From sequence record OP953026.1: a stretch of 64,000 nucleotides of DNA; one strand, given 5' to 3'. Made by a program: the position numbers and the translations under genes. Each line of letters starts with the position of its first letter. Position 1 is the stretch's first letter. The notes under the pieces were generated by a model that saw only the letters and a list, made by a program, of their open reading frames with translations, had not been told where the DNA came from and did no database searches. Positions 1 to 8,084 of the stretch are shown here, in pieces.

Positions 1-32
1 AGCTTCACTATTGAAAAGCTACTTGTATAATA

Positions 33-50
33 AGAGCCCTTCGGGGCTCT
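33..50 (+). terminator. intrinsic terminator hairpin
   Basis: AGAGCCC-TTCG-GGGCTCT followed by T-rich tract. Confidence 0.85.
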
Positions 51-80
51 TTCTATTTCGCAATTAGGTATCTGTATTAA

Positions 81-515
81 ATGGATAAGTATCCTATTCT
101 ACAAGCTATGTCTAAAGAAGAGGCATTTAGACTTTTAGACATACAAGGTGAGTTTAGAAAAACTCAAATGAAAGAAAGGTATTGGAATGAGGAAACTGGT
201 CTATGGTGGTGGGAACAACATCCCGATGTGAAATTAAGGATAGTTGCCGCCTGCAATAGATGGAAGGATGTTTATTTCATTGCAGCGAGGCATTCATCAA
301 TCATAATGACTCAACAACAGCTAATGTATGGTGGTCTTAAGGTATTGCATGAATATGCAGGAGATGATCATGAACAAGGTTTTATTGATCAGTATGAAAA
401 CTTCCACTCTAGGGAAGAAGCAGTAATTATCGCTAAGAATAATAATCAGTTATATCGAGCTGAATTAGAAAATAGATTAGTAACTAAATATTTATTTAGT
501 GAAGACCTATATTAG
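81..515 (+). CDS. conserved phage hypothetical protein
   Basis: 144 aa ORF; RH and EQGFIDQ..FxSREEA..IA...LFSEDLY motif recalled from phage hypothetical proteins. Confidence 0.8.
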   Translation: MDKYPILQAMSKEEAFRLLDIQGEFRKTQMKERYWNEETGLWWWEQHPDVKLRIVAACNRWKDVYFIAARHSSIIMTQQQLMYGGLKVLHEYAGDDHEQGFIDQYENFHSREEAVIIAKNNNQLYRAELENRLVTKYLFSEDLY

Positions 516-545
516 GTTTCCAATAATTTAAATAGGAATATAGCT

Positions 546-1202
546 ATGCTAATGAATGAAATTATCGATATTCTAGAAGGAGGGAAAGAGAATATTCTCT
601 TAACTAACCATCTAGGTAATGGCAAATATTCCAATGCGGGTAATGCAATGGCTGCATCATATGCCATTGCGGCACATACTGCTGTTGGTCAATTGCGAGA
701 TGGTTCAGGAAAACCTTACTGGCATCATTTATTACAAGTAGCTGAGATGGCGCAATTATTCGACCTATCTCACGCTGCTTATAAAGCAGCATGGTTACAT
801 GATGTAATTGAGGATACTGCTGTAACTGCTTCTGATCTAACTAAACTATTCTCAATCCCTGTTGTTAATTTAGTAACTGAACTAACAAATGTAACTTACG
901 AAGGTAATCGTAAAACTAGGATTAGTTTACAACATGAAAGACTTTCTCGCATTTCATGGAGTGGTCAATCTCTTAAGTTACTAGATTCCATTTCAAACAT
1001 GTGGTCGATTGTTAATGATAAGCCTGATTTTGCTGAACTGTATCTGACTGAGAAAGCTCAACTAATCAGTAAGTTAAATAATTGTCACCCCGCTATTAAA
1101 GATCTGGCTATATCTGTTCTCTATGGCAGGTGTACTATGGTTGGTGGGGATGCACTAAAAGAATATAATAAACTATTTTCTGATAATGAAATTGTATGTT
1201 AA
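546..1202 (+). CDS. RelA/SpoT-type HD domain protein (small alarmone hydrolase / MESH1-like)
   Basis: AH..Q.R..SGKPY..H, AAWLHDVIEDT and LKLLD..SN motifs; no synthetase domain. Confidence 0.85.
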   Translation: MLMNEIIDILEGGKENILLTNHLGNGKYSNAGNAMAASYAIAAHTAVGQLRDGSGKPYWHHLLQVAEMAQLFDLSHAAYKAAWLHDVIEDTAVTASDLTKLFSIPVVNLVTELTNVTYEGNRKTRISLQHERLSRISWSGQSLKLLDSISNMWSIVNDKPDFAELYLTEKAQLISKLNNCHPAIKDLAISVLYGRCTMVGGDALKEYNKLFSDNEIVC

Positions 1203-1220
1203 AATAATTACTTAATATAC

Positions 1221-1240
1221 ACCCTCCCTTCGGGGAGGGT
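1221..1240 (+). terminator. intrinsic terminator
   Basis: ACCCTCCC-TTCG-GGGAGGGT plus TTTT. Confidence 0.9.
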
Positions 1241-1279
1241 TTTATTTATCTTTTTTTGTATTTAAACTATTTAAAAAGC

Positions 1280-1287
1280 TATATTAC
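1280..1287 (+). promoter_or_regulatory. phiKZ-type early promoter
   Basis: TATATTAC after TTTAAA elements, upstream of RBS and ORF. Confidence 0.85.
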
Positions 1288-1320
1288 AAATATGAATTTA
1301 ATAACCAAGAGGGCAATACA

Positions 1321-1584
1321 ATGACTGAACGTTTGAAATCCGTATGGTGCGCTTGCAGCTTACTGCGTGAACGCTGGAGACACATCCAAGACATTGCTGT
1401 CGGGGATGAACATCATGTCATAGTAAAAAACGATATGCTGATGGTGTTTCGTGGTCAAGTACCGGTAGGTAGCATGTACCGGGGTGACAGTGACCCACTC
1501 ATCTACGAGGGTGGTGCACTGGAAGAATTTACTAAAGTTGTATTGGATTTAGAATTCAATACTCGTGGTGAAACCAATAGTTAA
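1321..1584 (+). CDS. early hypothetical protein
   Basis: 87 aa, GAGGG RBS, first gene after early promoter. Confidence 0.8.
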   Translation: MTERLKSVWCACSLLRERWRHIQDIAVGDEHHVIVKNDMLMVFRGQVPVGSMYRGDSDPLIYEGGALEEFTKVVLDLEFNTRGETNS

Positions 1585-1610
1585 TAAAATTAATTTTGAG
1601 GTAATTCATT

Positions 1611-2018
1611 ATGAAATATGTAATTGCATTTATGTTGTCTATTGTAACTATCACTGCTAACTCGGCTGTCATGTACACTAATCGTGATTCATGCATCGAG
1701 TTTGTAAAACAGGCAGATGAATTGTTTGTAAAAGGTGCATCTGTAACTGAAGTGCAAATGAAGACTTATGAAAGGATTCATTATATCCTTAATAACACTA
1801 AAGATCTAAAGACCAACCAGTCTAAAGTTGAAGAACTCACTGGTCTATTTTACCTATGGTCTAAGGTAGATAAAATGGCAATTGAGGCAAGTTTGCCACG
1901 TGCAACAAATGCTGCTAAAGTCTATAAGACCACTCCTGAGAAATTCATCATTGATGGTTATTTCCAGCGTTGTGTAGCGGCAGGTGCGTTTGAAGCAAAA
2001 CCACTTACTCTAAAATAA
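1611..2018 (+). CDS. secreted two-Cys helical protein (paralog 1)
   Basis: signal peptide ending ANS-A; Cys near N-terminus (RDSC) and C-terminus (QRCV); GAGGT RBS. Confidence 0.85.
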   Translation: MKYVIAFMLSIVTITANSAVMYTNRDSCIEFVKQADELFVKGASVTEVQMKTYERIHYILNNTKDLKTNQSKVEELTGLFYLWSKVDKMAIEASLPRATNAAKVYKTTPEKFIIDGYFQRCVAAGAFEAKPLTLK

Positions 2019-2030
2019 TGGAGGTACAAC

Positions 2031-2390
2031 ATGCTTAAGAATTGGCTATTATTCCTTTTCCTGCCAATCCTGTCCATTGCATGTCAGCCTGCCCACGCTG
2101 TAGAAGTGGGTATTACTAAGAAATCATGTAATGTGGCAGTAAATCTTTCACAAAAAGCAACTGAGCTTTATGATAAGAACCTATCCCAATTTGAGATAAT
2201 GATGCAGTTAGACATGATCTCTCGTAAGGATATGGATGACTTAGAGTTCTATGCAGGTACCGTATATGCTAAATTAAACTTAGTTGATATTCGCGTAAAT
2301 AAACGAAAAGGATTTACCAATGGAGCTATTCTAGATAGGCTAGCTGAAAACTGTGTTGAAGCAATTGGTACTAAATTTAACTTGGAGTAG
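2031..2390 (+). CDS. secreted two-Cys helical protein (paralog 2)
   Basis: signal peptide ending AHA; TKKSC ... ENCVEAIG. Confidence 0.85.
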   Translation: MLKNWLLFLFLPILSIACQPAHAVEVGITKKSCNVAVNLSQKATELYDKNLSQFEIMMQLDMISRKDMDDLEFYAGTVYAKLNLVDIRVNKRKGFTNGAILDRLAENCVEAIGTKFNLE

Positions 2391-2393
2391 AAT

Positions 2394-3188
2394 ATGGTTA
2401 GTATTTATATTGTCATTATACTCATGGCTATGCTAGCTGCATTGACATGTGGTAATTTGGTAGATAGCTGGGTAAGGCCAGCTATTCTAAAGTGGTTAAA
2501 TGATGATGTCGCTATTCATTTCACCAATGCTACCTGGATGGTTGGGGGGATCCCTAATAGTGTTCCAATGCAACTAGGTAAAGCTGTTTGGTTACCCAAA
2601 TACGTGGGTGACGGAATACGTCTTTATATCACGGCTGATGAAATAAAATTTGGATGGAATGGTAAAGAAAAAGATGCTTTAGCACGAGCCATTGTTGAAG
2701 TTATCTTTATTGGTAAAAATCCAAATAGTAAACTTCTTGAAGTAAGTATTAAACCTATTTGGTTACACCCTTCTATCCAAAAAGAAAGTTTCTATTTAAT
2801 GTTTGATTGGGAAAAGCTTTATACAAAAAATGAAGAGATGCGTATTTGTTGGAAGACAATACGTCACACTTTTTTCTATGGATTCCTAGGTTTGCTATTT
2901 GGCGGTAGTGCCAATGCAGATAACCTTGTATTAACTGAACGTGGATGTGACCAATATGAAGCAATGGTGAGAACTATTGCATCTAAAGCTTATATTGGAT
3001 TAGATCCAGTTATGGGTAGGGAATTCATTATTAATGATCCTGATATGTTAAATGCCCGTGAGAAAGCACAACGTAATACCCGTATCATTATCGATATGGT
3101 GGAAACTGGACAAGAACCCAAAGACATTGCATTATGGATGAATACTCAATGTAAACAAGAAGCAGTGTCAAATTTAATCAAACAGTGA
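2394..3188 (+). CDS. two-TM membrane protein with C-terminal two-Cys domain (paralog 3); possible gp241-position gene
   Basis: N-terminal TM, internal signal-like segment ending SANA, TERGC ... TQCK; internal ATG at 2838. Confidence 0.75.
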   Translation: MVSIYIVIILMAMLAALTCGNLVDSWVRPAILKWLNDDVAIHFTNATWMVGGIPNSVPMQLGKAVWLPKYVGDGIRLYITADEIKFGWNGKEKDALARAIVEVIFIGKNPNSKLLEVSIKPIWLHPSIQKESFYLMFDWEKLYTKNEEMRICWKTIRHTFFYGFLGLLFGGSANADNLVLTERGCDQYEAMVRTIASKAYIGLDPVMGREFIINDPDMLNAREKAQRNTRIIIDMVETGQEPKDIALWMNTQCKQEAVSNLIKQ

Positions 3189-3201
3189 AAAAGGCATAGA
3201 T

Positions 3202-3585
3202 ATGAAAAGAAATTTTGAAGATGATCACGTGGTAATGGCAGTGGAAGTATATGAGAAACTGAAAGAAGCTGCTGCTTATTCATTACACTCTTCTGAAATT
3301 AGTAAGATCGAACGACATATGCGTAAGTTTAATCGTGTTCAACGCGATAAACATATTGAAAATATGCATATGGAAATGCTTGAGAAACGCGAGGCTATTA
3401 GAAAAGCAAAATCTTTCTTTTCTCAAAATGCCGGTAAAATTGGTTGCGTAGTAGATAGGCTTGTCAAAGTATGTGAAGTGTATAAAATGGATAAGTCTAT
3501 GGTGGTTGTTGAGTTTCTCCAACATAAATCTAAAATTAAAGTTCCAGTAAATCCTGAAAAAATTACTATTCTTACCATTAAATAA
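3202..3585 (+). CDS. hypothetical protein
   Basis: 127 aa ORF in operon. Confidence 0.8.
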   Translation: MKRNFEDDHVVMAVEVYEKLKEAAAYSLHSSEISKIERHMRKFNRVQRDKHIENMHMEMLEKREAIRKAKSFFSQNAGKIGCVVDRLVKVCEVYKMDKSMVVVEFLQHKSKIKVPVNPEKITILTIK

Positions 3586-3602
3586 ATGAAGAAGGATTTA
3601 AA

Positions 3603-4058
3603 ATGAAAAATGTAATTGCAGCAGCTTTCGCTGGTCTCATTGCCATTACCGGTATCATGTTCAATACCGCAATGGCTGAAATCAAGATTGGTAAAAAAGA
3701 TGCTCAACTCACTGTGCAGTCGTGTGCAATGGTTGAAACCATTACTAAACAAGCTGTATTTCGAATGAGTGAAGGTCATAGCGCAGATGAAGTTGGTGTG
3801 CTTATGCTCAACAACTCTGCTAAACTCAAAGATGAGTTGGATACCAATAATTGGATTGCGTTAACATTCGTATTCAATAGTCTTAATAAAATCAATAATG
3901 ACCTTAACAGTAAAGAGATCCATGATTATATCCGTAGTCAAGGTTACAATGTGACTACTCCTAATCTGGCAGCTTTTATCAGCGGGTATTATGGCAATTA
4001 CTGCATGAAGCATATTGGTGAGAAATTCACTCACATGGTAATTGTTGAACTCATTTAA
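3603..4058 (+). CDS. secreted two-Cys helical protein (paralog 4)
   Basis: signal peptide ending AMA; TVQSC ... NYCMKHIGEK. Confidence 0.85.
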   Translation: MKNVIAAAFAGLIAITGIMFNTAMAEIKIGKKDAQLTVQSCAMVETITKQAVFRMSEGHSADEVGVLMLNNSAKLKDELDTNNWIALTFVFNSLNKINNDLNSKEIHDYIRSQGYNVTTPNLAAFISGYYGNYCMKHIGEKFTHMVIVELI

Positions 4059-4090
4059 TTCATATCGAATACTTTCAAAAGGAAAATAGG

Positions 4091-4468
4091 ATGAAATACG
4101 TCTTCTCGCTCATTATCACTATGGTAGCAATGTCGGTTAATGCACAACCCGTAACCGTGTCATCTTGCTACGTGCTGCACAGCTTGGCAAAGAATATGGT
4201 TCAATTCTACACTAATGGCGGTGAGCCATTGGAGATGTATGCAATACTGCAAGATGAACTATCCATTGCCATAGATAAAAACCAGAGTGATAAGGCACTC
4301 GCTATTAATATCGCATTGGATAATGTCGATGTAATATACCAAAATCTCACTGATCCCGCACTTAAGCTTTTGGCAAAGAGCGAGGGAAGTGATCTTGGTG
4401 AGATGCTGACTGAAAAACTCAGTAATGGGTGTTTCAATATAGTCGGCGAGGAGTTGTATGATAACTAG
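4091..4468 (+). CDS. secreted two-Cys helical protein (paralog 5)
   Basis: signal peptide ending VNA; TVSSC ... NGCFNIVGEE. Confidence 0.85.
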   Translation: MKYVFSLIITMVAMSVNAQPVTVSSCYVLHSLAKNMVQFYTNGGEPLEMYAILQDELSIAIDKNQSDKALAINIALDNVDVIYQNLTDPALKLLAKSEGSDLGEMLTEKLSNGCFNIVGEELYDN

Positions 4469-4697
4469 AATCATCCTAATTGTTGCATGGGTATGGGTAA
4501 TCTCTCTTATGGGAATGATTACGTATGTTCTTTATGATACGTATCAATTTCGTAAGAAATTAGAAATGCCTGTTGTAGAATGGGAAGATAAGGCGAAGGA
4601 CACTCCTGTTAAGAAGTGTCCAGATGAAGTATTATTCGCTGAAGACCCAAAGGATGGCAAACTCAAAATGGGATGCCCTGAGAGTTATAAGAAATAA
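4458..4697 (+). CDS. small membrane-anchored protein with Cys pair
   Basis: N-terminal TM helix; two Cys in C-terminal part; GGAG RBS. Confidence 0.8.
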   Translation: MITRIILIVAWVWVISLMGMITYVLYDTYQFRKKLEMPVVEWEDKAKDTPVKKCPDEVLFAEDPKDGKLKMGCPESYKK

Positions 4698-4700
4698 TTA

Positions 4701-4718
4701 GAGGACCTTCGGGTCCTC
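4701..4718 (+). terminator. intrinsic terminator
   Basis: GAGGACC-TTCG-GGTCCTC plus T-run. Confidence 0.9.
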
Positions 4719-4779
4719 TTTTTAACCGACTGGACGGTTAAAACTAGGTGGGATAAATTAAACTATTTGAGGAAATCTA

Positions 4780-4887
4780 ATGCAACTTAGTAATGAACTT
4801 TTCTATGTGGGTATGGTAGCTGTATCAATGTCAATCGGTATGCTATTTAGCTATATTTACCACACTCATAAGAAAAAATATAAATAA
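4780..4887 (+). CDS. 35 aa single-TM peptide (not in ORF track)
   Basis: GAGGA RBS; [35 protein letters not shown]. Confidence 0.65.
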   Translation: MQLSNELFYVGMVAVSMSIGMLFSYIYHTHKKKYK

Positions 4888-4896
4888 AGTCATAAA

Positions 4897-4916
4897 CCCT
4901 CTCCCAAAGGAGAGGG
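4897..4916 (+). terminator. intrinsic terminator
   Basis: CCCTCTCC-CAAA-GGAGAGGG. Confidence 0.8.
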
Positions 4917-4943
4917 CTTTTACATTAAATTTTTTTTGAAATC

Positions 4944-4951
4944 TATATTAC
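4944..4951 (+). promoter_or_regulatory. early promoter
   Basis: TATATTAC. Confidence 0.75.
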
Positions 4952-4990
4952 ACTAATACAACATTAAACTATTAAATAGGTAATTAAAAA

Positions 4991-5365
4991 ATGAATGAAA
5001 ATATTAAACGCTCATTTATTGGTATGCCACTGTCTATCAATATTGGTAAAGATATTGATTTATCAATGTATGAACGAATTGTATTTGTATCACAAGTAGA
5101 TAAAAATGATATAAAATACTTTGTTTATAAATTAAATAAATCCAAATTTAAACATGAACCAAATGTAGTTAATTACGCCGAAACAGATAAGGATATTATT
5201 ATTTATCCCCCGCTTGATTTCATTCAGACAATTAATGAATATTATCGAGTATCATTGGAAAATGAATTTATGTGTCATCCTGTTATTCTAAAAGCAGATG
5301 ATAGTAATAATCAAGAAGTATTTTTGAAAACTATTAAAATGGTACATGAGTATGTCGATGAATAA
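4991..5365 (+). CDS. hypothetical protein
   Basis: 124 aa ORF after promoter, AGGT RBS. Confidence 0.8.
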   Translation: MNENIKRSFIGMPLSINIGKDIDLSMYERIVFVSQVDKNDIKYFVYKLNKSKFKHEPNVVNYAETDKDIIIYPPLDFIQTINEYYRVSLENEFMCHPVILKADDSNNQEVFLKTIKMVHEYVDE

Positions 5366-5813
5366 CTGCGCATTTATTAATTTAAGGCAACGTTTAGTTA
5401 ATGATAAACTAACCTATGTGATTCATCCCATAGTGAAGGTTTATGATTTCACTAGAAAGGCTATTAGACAATTAACTGATTTTGCTATTTTAGATAGTTA
5501 TAACTTCCCAGAGGAAACTTCCAATATTAGTGTTCAGCCAACTATCACAGATGATACTAATAATAGAAATTCTTTGATACATCTTGGGGTTATAGAAGAG
5601 CCTGATTTTGGACCAACTAGATTATACGCCATCTTAGATAGAGAAATCAAAGATGATTCTAATCTAATTGAAACAACTGATGATGGCTGGTATACATTGG
5701 ATGAGTTAATTCTAGTTGAAGACGATATGGATGAATTCGCGCGACTTATTGTTCAGTACTTGCGAACTATTCCGAGGAAGCCACAATGGTTAACTTCGAC
5801 AAAAGATGTTTAG
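5346..5813 (+). CDS. degenerate NUDIX-like protein (tentative)
   Basis: ITDD.N....IHLGV...GWYTLDEL...DEFARLI resembles the COG4112-type NUDIX C-terminal pattern; no intact Nudix box. Confidence 0.4.
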   Translation: MSMSMNNCAFINLRQRLVNDKLTYVIHPIVKVYDFTRKAIRQLTDFAILDSYNFPEETSNISVQPTITDDTNNRNSLIHLGVIEEPDFGPTRLYAILDREIKDDSNLIETTDDGWYTLDELILVEDDMDEFARLIVQYLRTIPRKPQWLTSTKDV

Positions 5814-6016
5814 AAATAGAGCCTAATCAGTTAGGTTATGTATTTACAAAGATCGGTTGGGAAATATGTGTTACTATTGGCATACGACATATATGTGCTA
5901 AAACCTATTATACAGTGTATTCACTTAATGATAAATGCATTTATTACATTGAGCATTCAGCGCAATTTACTAAACGCATAAAACCAAACTATATACAAAG
6001 GTTTCATGTTCTATGA
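5786..6016 (+). CDS. hypothetical protein
   Basis: 76 aa ORF, ATGA overlap with next gene. Confidence 0.6.
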   Translation: MVNFDKRCLEIEPNQLGYVFTKIGWEICVTIGIRHICAKTYYTVYSLNDKCIYYIEHSAQFTKRIKPNYIQRFHVL

Positions 6017-6699
6017 TCAATACAACCGATAAAACTATAGTTGGTATAGGATTTGAAACAAAGGTTTCAGATTCACCGATTGAACAACCTGTAAAGAAAA
6101 CTAAGACTCCTAAGATAAATAAACAAAAAGAATGGGAGAAAGTAGATGATCCGAGAGAATATACAAAAGAGGAACAAACTTCTCTCTTTGTAAATTGGCT
6201 TCAAAGCACACGTAATTACTGGCATAAACAGTATACCGATACTCAAAATACAGATAAGGCACTATCTATCAGAGATATGCTTGATGGATTTATATATAGC
6301 ATCGCAGCTGGCCTAGATGGCAATGATCCAAATATACCCGGATTCAAACTTATACCTAATGTTACTCAAGAGGATATTGACTACCTAATAAGTATTGGTG
6401 AGAATTATTGGCCAGTAAACCCAGTTGAAAATTTAAAAGATAATATCCGTGCAAAGTGTGATGCAGTTGATATTTCTGGTAATCTACGTTATCAAGTTTC
6501 TAAGACATTTACGGAACCTTTCAAAGGACCACATGCACTATTGAACCATTTCCTTAGTTTAGCAGGTGAGAAACCTGTTAAGTATTACTCGGGTAATTTT
6601 ACGCAAGAGCAACTTGCTATGTTAGTAGAAAAAGCTAAAGAAAAAGCGGAAAAGATACAATCACAAATAGCTGATGATATCAGTCGAATAATGCGTTAA
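6013..6699 (+). CDS. hypothetical protein (paralog family A)
   Basis: LDGNDPNIPGFKLIP ... DISGNLR shared with 6744-7118. Confidence 0.85.
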   Translation: MINTTDKTIVGIGFETKVSDSPIEQPVKKTKTPKINKQKEWEKVDDPREYTKEEQTSLFVNWLQSTRNYWHKQYTDTQNTDKALSIRDMLDGFIYSIAAGLDGNDPNIPGFKLIPNVTQEDIDYLISIGENYWPVNPVENLKDNIRAKCDAVDISGNLRYQVSKTFTEPFKGPHALLNHFLSLAGEKPVKYYSGNFTQEQLAMLVEKAKEKAEKIQSQIADDISRIMR

Positions 6700-6743
6700 T
6701 GAACTAATAAATTTATAAGCTACTGATAACAAGGTATGTAATT

Positions 6744-7118
6744 ATGATCTATTTTGAAGGCGATGGTAATGTTAAACCTGTAACACAGGAACAAGTTAAA
6801 GAACTATTTATTAGTAGTGTTGTCAATATGCGTGATAATGCTATCAATAACTCTAAACTTGATCAATTTACAGAGCCAGCTGATCGGGACAGGGCTGTAG
6901 CAGATAGTGTCATTACAGGCATGCTAGATATACTAGATGGCAATAATGACGATTGCCCAGCGTTTCATTTAATTCCAGCAGTTGGTGAGGAAGAATATTT
7001 AGCGGCTGTAGAAGCAGGTGCTGATTATATCCCTTATGATGATGGTAGTGATAATTATCAACCATTAGATTTAGCTGGTGAACTACGAGATTATTTTATC
7101 TTTGTTAATAGGGGTTAA
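6744..7118 (+). CDS. hypothetical protein (paralog family A)
   Basis: LDGNNDDCPAFHLIP ... DLAGELR. Confidence 0.85.
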   Translation: MIYFEGDGNVKPVTQEQVKELFISSVVNMRDNAINNSKLDQFTEPADRDRAVADSVITGMLDILDGNNDDCPAFHLIPAVGEEEYLAAVEAGADYIPYDDGSDNYQPLDLAGELRDYFIFVNRG

Positions 7119-7120
7119 TA

Positions 7121-7555
7121 ATGGCTGATATAGTAATTGCACTAATCCTGTCAGCAATTATTGTTTATCTAATTAATATTTTTAAACACCCAAAAATAAT
7201 TTATGCCAATAGTGTAAATGATAATGTCTTCATTGTTACTGGTTGCTCTTATATATCTGAAAATAATGAAGATGGTACATTAACAACTTTTTCACCTAAA
7301 TTAAATAATAGGTTAATAATTGATTTAACTAAAGGTCAACCCAATAAAGACTTTTATATTTCAGTATTAGATAACACACTTAAATTCCATCACACTGTTG
7401 ATGAAATTATCACAGCTAATAAATGGGAAGCTTTATTTAAAATTAGCATAACTAAAGAGGATGTGTGTATCTCAGGAATACCTCTTAAAAATAAAAATAT
7501 AAAATGTAATTTACACTGGGTTATAGCACCAAGTAAAATGGTGAATAAATTGTAA
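7121..7555 (+). CDS. membrane-anchored hypothetical protein
   Basis: N-terminal hydrophobic helix. Confidence 0.75.
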   Translation: MADIVIALILSAIIVYLINIFKHPKIIYANSVNDNVFIVTGCSYISENNEDGTLTTFSPKLNNRLIIDLTKGQPNKDFYISVLDNTLKFHHTVDEIITANKWEALFKISITKEDVCISGIPLKNKNIKCNLHWVIAPSKMVNKL

Positions 7556-7568
7556 TAGTTATTATAAT

Positions 7569-7589
7569 GCCCTCCCATTGCGGGAGGGC
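7569..7589 (+). terminator. intrinsic terminator
   Basis: GCCCTCCC-ATTGC-GGGAGGGC. Confidence 0.85.
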
Positions 7590-7628
7590 TTATATTTTAT
7601 TTTTTTGTATTTAAAGCATTTTAAACAG

Positions 7629-7636
7629 TATATTAC
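7629..7636 (+). promoter_or_regulatory. early promoter
   Basis: TATATTAC with TATTTAAA/TTTTAAA upstream. Confidence 0.85.
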
Positions 7637-7679
7637 AAATGTGATAAAACTATCTAAATTGCAAATAGGTAAATCAATT

Positions 7680-8039
7680 ATGTTGGACTATGCTTTGGAA
7701 AAGTGTCGTGAAATCCCTTATGTAAAACATCGTCAACGTGTTTATTCAGTCATTACTGATAAACGTGGTAGGATCATTAGTGAAAGCCAAAATATGTATG
7801 GTAAAACACATCCTGTTCAGAAACGTTATTCTCTAAAAGCAGGATTGTCCGATCTACGTTGTGAGATGCATAGTGAGTTGCGCTCTATCATCCTCTCCAA
7901 GGGAAAAGGATATAGGATCTATGTTGCACGTGTCGGCGCTGATGGTAGGCCACTGGATGCATACCCATGCCCCACTTGTCAAATGGCAATTAATGACCAT
8001 GGCAAATTAAAAGAGGTAATTGTATCTATTGGTAAATAA
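7680..8039 (+). CDS. zinc-dependent cytidine/dCMP deaminase-fold protein
   Basis: HxE (MHSE) and PCxxC (PCPTC); start moved to ATG 7680 (AGGT RBS, downstream of promoter). Confidence 0.8.
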   Translation: MLDYALEKCREIPYVKHRQRVYSVITDKRGRIISESQNMYGKTHPVQKRYSLKAGLSDLRCEMHSELRSIILSKGKGYRIYVARVGADGRPLDAYPCPTCQMAINDHGKLKEVIVSIGK

Positions 8040-8084
8040 TAACACTATAGTTAATTTAATTATTTATTTAAAAAGGAAAATACA

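Noticed and set aside
7578-7679. Upstream start of the deaminase ORF
   Set aside because: It runs through a terminator and an early promoter; ATG 7680 has the SD.
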